The position numbers and the translations under genes are program-made. Shown here piece by piece: positions 35,142 through 41,730 of a stretch of 41,730 nucleotides of DNA; the stretch's first letter is position 1; each line of letters begins with the position of its first letter. The stretch comes from a virus (taxonomy: Duplodnaviria > Caudoviricetes): positions 1-41,730 of IMG/VR virus record IMGVR_UViG_3300017644_000036; one strand, written 5' to 3'. The notes beneath the pieces are model-generated. The model ran no database searches, was not told the origin of the DNA, and worked only from the letters and a program-made list of their open reading frames with translations.

Positions 35142-37297
35142 TGGCAGGTGGTGTTACGTACCCGCGCTCGAAGGTCACGCTCGACCTGGGCGACGGGACG
35201 CCGGTCGTCGTCGACGCGTCGTCGTGGTCGGTGCAGCGCGCGCTGTCGGGGTCGAACATCCCGGGTCAGGTCCGGGCGGCGTCGGGCGTGGGCACGACGG
35301 ACGGCTCGGTGTCGTTCGCGGTCGACGACAACCGCACGCCGTGGCAGGCCGGACCGTTCCTCCCGGGCGGGAAGGCCGCGATCGACGCCGCGGCCGACGC
35401 GGGGCTCGCCCTGTCCCCGATCGCGCGGCTGCTCGTGAGCAAACTCGGGCTGCCGGGCGCCCTCACCCCGGAGCGGAACGCGACCCTGACCGAGAACCTC
35501 GGCGCGCTCCGGGGGAACGTCACGCTACCCGTGACGCTGGCGACGACGTCGTACTTCGGGGACGTTGCCGCCACGGACGCCGCATGGCCGATCGTCCAAG
35601 CGGCAGCCCTCGGCGGCTACCACGTCGACCCCTCTCCGGTCGCGTCATGCGTGGCGGCACTGTCGTTGCGAGGTTCCTACGCGGCCGAGGTCGGGTCCAC
35701 CTACGGGGTCGTGTCCGCTGGCCGCTGGGGCACTGCCGCCGACGGGTGCGTGATCCCACTGTCTGCCACCAGCGTTTGGGTCTCGACAACGCAGCCCGTC
35801 GACAGCCCGCTGTACGTCACGCAGGCGATCTCGCCGCTCACGTCCACGAACTGGGCGGACTTCATCCTGCAGGGCGAGCTCGGGACCATCACCGTCTCGG
35901 GCACCGGCACCACGCTGACGGTGTCCGCCAGGTTGAACAGCCTCCCCATCACGAACGTCGGGGGGACCGGCTCGGTCACCGTCCCCGCGGGGGCGGCGCG
36001 GGTTCAGACGCAGGTGCTCTGGACCAGCACCCAGATCCAGGTCCGTGTGCGCTTCGACGGCGGTGCGTGGTCGTCATACGTCACGGTGACGACGGGCGTC
36101 ACCTTCTCCATCGCTCCGGTCACCATGATCCGGACGTCCCTGCCGGGGATGCAGCTCCACACCGCCGATGACCCGGCGATCTGGTCCGCACGGACAGCCA
36201 TCGTCCCGGCGACGGGCTCAGTCCTGTCGGCCGTCCTTCCTGGTACTCCCCAGTCCTCCTGGTCCTTGATCGGTGACGTCGCGGAGTCCGTCTTCGGGGC
36301 GGCGTGGATCGACGAGGCTGGCGTCCTGCGGTTCGTCACGAAGGAGTCGCTGCGCGGCATGGTCGCGCGCGGCGCCGACATCATCGCGGACACCGACCTG
36401 GCGGACCTGCCAGCCGACATCGGACTCGACGACGTCGCTGACCGGGTCCAGGTGTCCTACCAACCGCCGGACCTGCAGACGTCGACGACGGGCAGCATCA
36501 CCGTGTGGGAGGCCACCGACGCCGTGCAGGTCGGCGCCGGCAAGACCGTCACGATCTACGCGGACCTCGACGGCGCGGCGGACCAGCTCGCGCCGTGGCT
36601 GCCCGTCTGGACGACCTCCCCGCCCGCCGCACAGCAGTCCCGGTGGGCTGCGGCGACCTCGCGCGACGGCGGCGGCACCCAGCCCGCGGACACCGCCCTC
36701 GCCGTGTCCGCCACGCTCGTGTCCCCGAACCGGGTCAGGATCCGGATCACCAACACGACCTCGTCGACCCTGTGGACGGTCGACGGCAACGGGAACCCGA
36801 CCCTGACCTTGCGCGCGAACGTCTACGCGACGGCCGGCGAGGCGATCACCATCTCCGCAGGGGCGCCCGCCGACACGGCGGTGAATCCGCTGTCCGTGGA
36901 CCTCGGATCGTGGGTCCAGGACGCCGACGTGGCGCAGGGGCTGCTGGCGTGGCTCGCCGCCATGACCTCGCAGCCCCTACCGACGCTGTCCGACGTCGAC
37001 ATCGTGCCTGACCCCACGATCCGCCAGGGCGACGTCCGCGTCCTGCGCGACCCGCACCACACCGGCCTCGTGTCGAAGGTGCTCGTCACCGGGGTGAACA
37101 CGAGCTACTCGTCGACCGACCTGCTGAACCAGAGCCTCACGCTCGTCGTCCTCGGGGTCCTGAACTGGGACGTCGCGCGCTGGCTCACGCCGGCCCGGAC
37201 GAACACGCAGGCCGCCGGGCTCGCGACCGCCGCGCTCGGCGCAGCCACCACCAACTCCCAGGCCGCTGCCTGGTTCGCGAAGGGAGCGATCGCATGA
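35141..37297 (+). CDS. Large minor tail / baseplate hub protein
   Basis: AAWIDEAGVLRF, PDPTIRQGD; Thr/Val-rich beta content. Confidence 0.8.
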   Translation: MAGGVTYPRSKVTLDLGDGTPVVVDASSWSVQRALSGSNIPGQVRAASGVGTTDGSVSFAVDDNRTPWQAGPFLPGGKAAIDAAADAGLALSPIARLLVSKLGLPGALTPERNATLTENLGALRGNVTLPVTLATTSYFGDVAATDAAWPIVQAAALGGYHVDPSPVASCVAALSLRGSYAAEVGSTYGVVSAGRWGTAADGCVIPLSATSVWVSTTQPVDSPLYVTQAISPLTSTNWADFILQGELGTITVSGTGTTLTVSARLNSLPITNVGGTGSVTVPAGAARVQTQVLWTSTQIQVRVRFDGGAWSSYVTVTTGVTFSIAPVTMIRTSLPGMQLHTADDPAIWSARTAIVPATGSVLSAVLPGTPQSSWSLIGDVAESVFGAAWIDEAGVLRFVTKESLRGMVARGADIIADTDLADLPADIGLDDVADRVQVSYQPPDLQTSTTGSITVWEATDAVQVGAGKTVTIYADLDGAADQLAPWLPVWTTSPPAAQQSRWAAATSRDGGGTQPADTALAVSATLVSPNRVRIRITNTTSSTLWTVDGNGNPTLTLRANVYATAGEAITISAGAPADTAVNPLSVDLGSWVQDADVAQGLLAWLAAMTSQPLPTLSDVDIVPDPTIRQGDVRVLRDPHHTGLVSKVLVTGVNTSYSSTDLLNQSLTLVVLGVLNWDVARWLTPARTNTQAAGLATAALGAATTNSQAAAWFAKGAIA

Positions 37298-37782
37298 GCG
37301 CCTTGCCCACCACCGCCAAGGCCCCGACGCCACTGTCCGACTCGGGGCCGGTCGCCGACGCGGCCGGGCGGGCGTCGTGGGTCCAGGACTCCATCGACAC
37401 CGCAGCGTTCATCGCCGCGATGTCGCCCACCTCGGCGACCCTCTACGACACCGGCTGGCTCGCTCCGACGCTGGCCGTCGGGAGCGGGTCCAGCGGGTTC
37501 GGATTCATCCGCCGAGGCGGCCATGTGGGCGGCCGGGGAGCCGTCGCGCCAGCCACCAACTGGGGCGCGGCCGGGAGCCTCAACACGATCGTCGCAGCGG
37601 GCGGCCTACCGGTCGACCAGCGGCCTGCCTTCGCCCAGGCGTTCATCGCCCCCGGCAACGCCCCGTCGACTGGCTGCTGGTTCCGGGTCGCGATCGGGGC
37701 CGACGGGAGCATCTCCGTCCGGTGTTCGGTCGCCAACAGCACCGAGCAGGTCTGGTTCTCGGGCATCGGGTACGACGTCTGA
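37294..37782 (+). CDS. Minor tail / fibre-tip protein
   Basis: YDTGW, GLPVDQRP, IGADGSI pattern. Confidence 0.7.
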   Translation: MSALPTTAKAPTPLSDSGPVADAAGRASWVQDSIDTAAFIAAMSPTSATLYDTGWLAPTLAVGSGSSGFGFIRRGGHVGGRGAVAPATNWGAAGSLNTIVAAGGLPVDQRPAFAQAFIAPGNAPSTGCWFRVAIGADGSISVRCSVANSTEQVWFSGIGYDV

Positions 37783-38039
37783 TGGGCACCGCGAACCCCG
37801 CGCTCCTGCGCCTACGCCAGCAGCTCGCCAGCCTCGACACCACGGGCACGACGCAGACCGACGTGCTCGTCGGGCTCGCGTCCGTCGTCGTCGACCTTGC
37901 CGCCGTCGTCTCAACGCTCGTCCCCGTGACGGTCCCGAGCGAGTCTGACGAGCCGGGCGAGGGCGGCGAGGTCGCTGACACACCAGCGGAGACCACGGAA
38001 CCAGACCCGGACCCGACCGGGGGAGGTGACCCCGCATGA
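37782..38039 (+). CDS. Small hypothetical protein
   Basis: TGATG and ATGA overlaps. Confidence 0.55.
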   Translation: MGTANPALLRLRQQLASLDTTGTTQTDVLVGLASVVVDLAAVVSTLVPVTVPSESDEPGEGGEVADTPAETTEPDPDPTGGGDPA

Positions 38040-38491
38040 CGAGCATCGCGTACCGCGCCGGCCGCTTCGGCTCGCGCATCTGGCGCGGCATCCAAGAACC
38101 CCGGATCGTGACCCTGATCCAGACCGGCATCTACCTGCTGACGCTCGCCGTCGGGGTCGACGCGCTCCTCGACCCGCCCGGGTCCGTGCGCGGCGCGATC
38201 GGGCCCGTCCTGACGACGTGCTGGGCGGTGTTCCTCGTGCTCGGCGGCGCGCTCGGGGCTGTCGCCGCGCCGCCGGGTGTCTGGTGGCTCGAGCGGGTCG
38301 GGGTCATGGCGTGCATGTCCGGCCTGCTGATCTACGGGGCCGTGCTCGTCGCCCTGCACGTCACCAGCCCCGACGGCAACCGGCTCCCGCTCGCCGGCGT
38401 CACCCTCATCGCGACTATGTCCTTCCTAGTCCGGTGGTTCCGAATCCGCCGCTACGCCTACGACCCCGAGGCCCTGTCCACGCGCGACTGA
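38036..38491 (+). CDS. Four-TM membrane protein (lysis cassette)
   Basis: Four hydrophobic segments, WWLER; upstream of endolysin. Confidence 0.75.
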   Translation: MTSIAYRAGRFGSRIWRGIQEPRIVTLIQTGIYLLTLAVGVDALLDPPGSVRGAIGPVLTTCWAVFLVLGGALGAVAAPPGVWWLERVGVMACMSGLLIYGAVLVALHVTSPDGNRLPLAGVTLIATMSFLVRWFRIRRYAYDPEALSTRD

Positions 38492-38503
38492 ACGGAGTCC
38501 GAC

Positions 38504-38827
38504 GTGGACAAGCTGCAACCTTGGATCGCGGTCCTGACGGCGCTGTCGGCCGGCGCGGTGCTGCAGGAGCTCGTGCGCGGGCTCGTGAAGTGGATCGGCG
38601 GAGCGGCCGGGCGCGAGCGTGGCCGCAACGCCGACCTCGTCACCCAGCGTGACGACGCCTACGCGCGCGCCGCCGCGGCGGAGAAGGCCGCCGACGAGGC
38701 CGACGCCCGCGCGGACGCCGAGGCCCGCAAGCGGCGCCTCCTCGAGGAGTACGCGTCCTCGCTGCGCCGCGACTGCATGGACCACGGCGTCCGGCCCGAC
38801 GAGCTGCGCCCCTGGCCGACCTACTGA
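38504..38827 (+). CDS. Single-TM coiled-coil protein (lysis cassette)
   Basis: N-terminal hydrophobic helix, coiled coil, EEYASSLRR..PWP. Confidence 0.7.
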   Translation: MDKLQPWIAVLTALSAGAVLQELVRGLVKWIGGAAGRERGRNADLVTQRDDAYARAAAAEKAADEADARADAEARKRRLLEEYASSLRRDCMDHGVRPDELRPWPTY

Positions 38828-38896
38828 CCTGACCCACCCCACCAACACCCCGAGCCGCCCGGCGTCGGGGCCCTTCGCATGCCCAGGAGGTACCCC

Positions 38897-39556
38897 GTGG
38901 CTTCCGTCACGCAGAACGGCTTCAAGCGGCTCGCCCGCAAGGACGAGTCGAAGCTCGTCTACATCAAGGGCGGGTCGCTCCGCACGCAGGTGCTCAAGGG
39001 CGACGTCGCTACCGTGCTCGGCTGGTTCGTGCGCGAGTTCAACGCGACCGTCGAGAAGATCGACCTGACCCTGTTCGGGTGGCGGTCCATCGAGACCAAC
39101 CTGACCGTCGGCGGCTCGTCCGACAGCAACCACGTCTCGGGGACCGCGCTCGACATCAACGGCGCCCGCCACCCCTGGGAGCAGCGCGTCGGCAAGACCC
39201 TCGCATCCGGGTTCTCCGCCACCCAGGTCGCCCGGATCCGGCTCCTGCAGCACGCGTGCTCCGGCGTCGTCCACTGGGGCGGCGACTACAACCCCCGGTT
39301 CCGGGACTGGATGCACTTCGACGTCCGCGCCTCGAGCTCGCAGCTCAAGGCCGCCGCGAAGAAGCTCCGCGGCGGCACCGTGCGCACCACGGCCGCCGTG
39401 AACGTCCGGATGGGCGCGTCCACGACATCCAAGGTCGACCGGGTCATCCCCAAGGGCTTCCGCTTCAACTACAACGACGTCGTCTGCCGGGGCGGGCGGC
39501 TGTGGCTGCACACCACGGCCGGGCACTACGTCGCCGCCGAGTTCACCACCTTCTGA
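38897..39556 (+). CDS. Endolysin: M15 peptidase plus SH3b-like cell-wall-binding domain
   Basis: SNHVSGTALD, WGGD, DWMHF; VNVRMGASTTSKV...W. Confidence 0.9.
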   Translation: MASVTQNGFKRLARKDESKLVYIKGGSLRTQVLKGDVATVLGWFVREFNATVEKIDLTLFGWRSIETNLTVGGSSDSNHVSGTALDINGARHPWEQRVGKTLASGFSATQVARIRLLQHACSGVVHWGGDYNPRFRDWMHFDVRASSSQLKAAAKKLRGGTVRTTAAVNVRMGASTTSKVDRVIPKGFRFNYNDVVCRGGRLWLHTTAGHYVAAEFTTF

Positions 39557-39570
39557 GAGAGGAACCCCTC

Positions 39571-39957
39571 GTGAACCTGATCCCCGACCGGATCCAGCCG
39601 GTCCTCAAGTCCTGGGTCGCCGGGCTCGGCGCGATCGCGACCGCGCTCATCGCCCTCGCCCCCGGCCTGCCCACCCAGTGGCAGATCCCCCTCGCAAGCG
39701 TCGTCGCCGCCGCGACATGGGTCGCGACCTACGCCGTGCCCAACCTGCAGCGGTTCATCGACCAGGACGAGTACGAGGGCTCCCCGCCCGACGCCGTCCC
39801 CGCGCCCGTGCCCGACGCGAGCCCCGACGTCGTCGTGACCCCGGCCGACCCCGGCCAGCCCGCCGCCGGCGTCCCGCCCTCCGACACCTCGGACGCGGCC
39901 ACCGAGTCCGACGGCGCCAACCCGGCGCCCGACGACGACGGCGCGGCGCTCGGATGA
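39571..39957 (+). CDS. Holin (2 TM, acidic Pro-rich tail)
   Basis: KSWVAGLGAIATAL...TYAVPN; follows endolysin. Confidence 0.75.
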   Translation: MNLIPDRIQPVLKSWVAGLGAIATALIALAPGLPTQWQIPLASVVAAATWVATYAVPNLQRFIDQDEYEGSPPDAVPAPVPDASPDVVVTPADPGQPAAGVPPSDTSDAATESDGANPAPDDDGAALG

Positions 39958-40091
39958 CCGAGCCCCGAGACGGCTACCTCCCCCAGGTCGTGCAGCAGCA
40001 CACCCACCGTTGCGCCGCCTGCGGGAAGCCGTGGCCCGACCCGCTCTCCGCGCTCTACTGCGAGCGCACCGACGACGCCGACGACGGCTAG
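39954..40091 (+). CDS. Tiny CxxC protein
   Basis: HRCAACGKPW...ALYCE; ATGA overlap. Confidence 0.5.
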   Translation: MTEPRDGYLPQVVQQHTHRCAACGKPWPDPLSALYCERTDDADDG

Positions 40092-40149
40092 CGAGATCGT
40101 CACCCCCTCCGCAGGCGTCGTCGACGTCCGCTGAGCCCGCACGCGACAG

Positions 40150-40185
40150 CGCCCCCGCTCGCCTCTTTCGAGGCGGGCGGGGGCG
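40150..40185. terminator. Hairpin ending the late operon, probably bidirectional
   Basis: CGCCCCCGCTCGCCTC-TTTC-GAGGCGGGCGGGGGCG then TCTTGT; between convergent genes. Confidence 0.8.
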
Positions 40186-40197
40186 TCTTGTCGTTGG

Positions 40198-40440
40198 TCA
40201 GGCGATGCCGCGAGCGGCCCGGCTCTGGGCGCCGCCCTGTGTCCAGCTGCGCGGCAACCTCCCTGGCCGGTGCTCGCCGGCGGGCTTCCCGTGACGGCGG
40301 TACCAGTTCCGGTAGCACTGGACGGTCTTGTCGATGCCGTAGTGGTTGAGCACGTACTCGCGCGTCTCCGTAGCGCCCATCCTCAGGTCGACCATCAGGT
40401 GCCACAGCACCTCGTCAGACGGGGTCTCTCGCGCTGCCAT
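40198..40440 (-). CDS. Small basic, possibly HTH-like protein, leaderless
   Basis: 80 aa; ATG 6 nt after TAGGCT -10. Confidence 0.7.
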   Translation of the reverse strand: MAARETPSDEVLWHLMVDLRMGATETREYVLNHYGIDKTVQCYRNWYRRHGKPAGEHRPGRLPRSWTQGGAQSRAARGIA

Positions 40441-40446
40441 AGTGCG

Positions 40447-40468
40447 AGCCTAGTAAGCAACACCGACA
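40447..40468 (-). promoter_or_regulatory. PafBC/RecA-NDp-type promoter TGTCGG-N10-TAGGCT
   Basis: Minus strand reads TGTCGGTG-TTGCTTAC-TAGGCT-CGCACT-ATG. Confidence 0.8.
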
Positions 40469-40484
40469 GACCGCCGCGGGCCCG

Positions 40485-40506
40485 TGTCGCACCCGCGCGC
40501 GACGAT
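40485..40506 (+). promoter_or_regulatory. Degenerate PafBC-type promoter TGTCGC-N10-GACGAT
   Basis: Same 10-nt spacer and 6 nt to GTG 40513. Confidence 0.55.
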
Positions 40507-40512
40507 GTCCCC

Positions 40513-40791
40513 GTGTCCGTCCCGCCGTCGTTCGTCTCCCCCGGCTGGTCCGCGGGCGAGAGCTACCAGACCGTCCTGAACGAGCTCCCGATCCCGCCCT
40601 ACGCGGCGCAGCACGAGATCCCCAGCGTGAAGGTGCGCGCCCGAGTCGTTTGGTCCGACGACGGCGAGGAGATGATCGACGGCACGTCCGACGCCTACGC
40701 GGGCCGTGCCGTCCTCGTGCACACCCACGATCTCCGGCTCTACGTCCGGTCCGTCTGGCTCGACGCCGACGACGTGGAGCGGGTGAAGTAG
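40513..40791 (+). CDS. Small beta-rich hypothetical protein
   Basis: VRARVVWSDDGEEMIDG...VLV...VWLDADDVER; start inferred from promoter geometry. Confidence 0.65.
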   Translation: MSVPPSFVSPGWSAGESYQTVLNELPIPPYAAQHEIPSVKVRARVVWSDDGEEMIDGTSDAYAGRAVLVHTHDLRLYVRSVWLDADDVERVK

Positions 40792-40803
40792 CCAGCGCGT
40801 CCA

Positions 40804-40890
40804 CGTGTTGACCAGGCCGATGTTCATGCCGGTCAGCGTCGCCCGATGGCCATTTCGTGTTGACTCGACCCGTTGACACGTTGACACGTT
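40804..40890 (+). repeat. GTTGAC repeats, probable integrase arm-type sites
   Basis: GTTGAC at 40807, 40859, 40872, 40880 (tandem CGTTGACA). Confidence 0.6.
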
Positions 40891-40924
40891 CCCCTCGCGC
40901 AACGCTCTGACCTGCAGCGGAACC

Positions 40925-40949
40925 GGTGCCCCCGGTGGGACTCGAACCC
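40925..40949. repeat. Right att core (25 bp) within the tRNA 3' half
   Basis: Identical to 2269-2293. Confidence 0.96.
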
Positions 40950-41000
40950 ACACTGCGTCGGGTTTAAGCCGACTGCCTCTGCCGGTTGGGCTACGGGGGC
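40927..41000 (-). tRNA. tRNA-Leu, anticodon TAA
   Basis: GCCCCCG/CGGGGGC acceptor, GTCGG-CTTAAAC-CCGAC anticodon arm, GTGGG-TTCGAGT-CCCAC T arm, discriminator A. Confidence 0.95.
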
Positions 41001-41095
41001 GCGCTCGCGCGCACGGCGAGCGTACGTCGTCGGGCGCGGGGCGACGACGCGGTCCGGGCCTCGGCGCGGCCCGGAACGGCGACGCCCCGGGGACG

Positions 41096-41133
41096 ACGAC
41101 GGGGACGGACCCCGGAGGGCCCGTCCCCGTCGT
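41096..41133 (-). terminator. Hairpin downstream of the oxidoreductase gene
   Basis: ACGACGGGGACGGGCCC-TCCG-GGGTCCGTCCCCGTCGT on the minus strand. Confidence 0.7.
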
Positions 41134-41153
41134 GCGCGCTCAGGAGCGCACGA

Positions 41154-41730
41154 TCACTTCGCGTCGGCGGCGGCCGACGTCGCGACCTGCTTGAGCGGCT
41201 CGTCGGTCTTGCGGGGAGCCGGGGCCGCGGCGCGGAACGCGGCACGCGGGTCCTGGACGGCACCCAGCGCGACGGTCTCGCGGCCGTAGACCGCCTGGCC
41301 GACCCAGCCGTTGAAGATGTGGAGCTTGCGGTTCCACGTCGGCATCGCGAGCACGTGGTAGCCGCGGTGCATCGCCCACGCGAGCGGGCCCCGGAGCTTG
41401 AACTTGCCGAACAGCTCCGCGACGCCCTTGTAGAGGCCCAGCGAGGCGACGGTGCCGATGTTCTTGTGCGAGTACTCCTTGGTGGGCTCGCCCTTGAGGC
41501 TCGAGACCAGGTTCTCGGCGAGCTGCACGCCCTCACGGATCGCGTGCTGCGCGTTCGGCGGGCAGAACTTGCCCGGGTTCAGCACGTCCGGCACCGCGGC
41601 GCAGTCGCCCGCGCCCCACGCACCGGGGACGATCGTGCCGTCCTCCTGCGCGACCTGGAGCGTCGCGAGGACCTGCAGGCGGCCCATCTTGTCGAGCGGG
41701 AGGTCCGAGTCGGCGAGGACCGGGTTGGAC
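41154..41730 (-). CDS. NAD(P)/FAD-dependent oxidoreductase, NDH-2-like (3' part only), host
   Basis: AWGAGDCAAVPD, PPNAQHAIREG, GTVASLG, AWAMHRGYH; runs off the window edge. Confidence 0.88.
   Translation of the reverse strand, partial: SNPVLADSDLPLDKMGRLQVLATLQVAQEDGTIVPGAWGAGDCAAVPDVLNPGKFCPPNAQHAIREGVQLAENLVSSLKGEPTKEYSHKNIGTVASLGLYKGVAELFGKFKLRGPLAWAMHRGYHVLAMPTWNRKLHIFNGWVGQAVYGRETVALGAVQDPRAAFRAAAPAPRKTDEPLKQVATSAAADAK

Larger units (their letters stand above)
2269..40949. mobile_element. Apparently intact temperate siphovirus prophage integrated in tRNA-Leu(TAA); excised unit 38,656 bp
   Basis: Identical 25-bp direct repeats at both ends, adjacent integrase, and complete immunity, replication, packaging, head, tail and lysis modules. 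Confidence 0.96.

Noticed and set aside
34317-37782. Diversity-generating retroelement or invertible tail-fibre cassette
   Set aside because: No reverse transcriptase, invertase or template/variable repeat pair seen
2269-40949. bldA-like control of phage genes through TTA codons
   Set aside because: The few TTA/TAA triplets I found by eye are out of frame, stops or intergenic; no in-frame TTA seen in called genes

Overview
High-GC actinobacterial DNA (host probably Micrococcales-like; this is inference). Almost the whole window is one apparently complete temperate siphovirus prophage of about 38.7 kb (2269-40949). It is integrated in the 3' end of a tRNA-Leu(TAA) gene, with a 25-bp att core duplicated at 2269-2293 and 40925-40949. 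Host flanks are a DHFR-like gene, a YciI/DGPF gene and an ECF sigma factor on the left, and the tRNA plus an NDH-2-like oxidoreductase on the right. Prophage order: tyrosine integrase, ImmA-like peptidase, repressor/Cro switch, early genes (Xis, YqaJ exonuclease, Bet, DNA methyltransferase, resolvase), a reversed two-gene cassette, replication (initiator, DnaB), accessory genes, HNH, terminase (large subunit split in two), head, tail, lysis, and a divergent gene pair next to attR. The most unusual signals are cis-regulatory: (1) back-to-back PafBC/RecA-NDp-type DNA-damage promoters near attR, with a similar site before the late operon; (2) a second lambda-OR-like triple operator with exact 24-bp period in front of the replication genes; (3) a dense GTCCG/CGGAC array inside a membrane-HTH (DUF2637-like) gene; (4) several structured RNA leaders in the late operon. 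All family assignments are by motif recognition; no database search was run.
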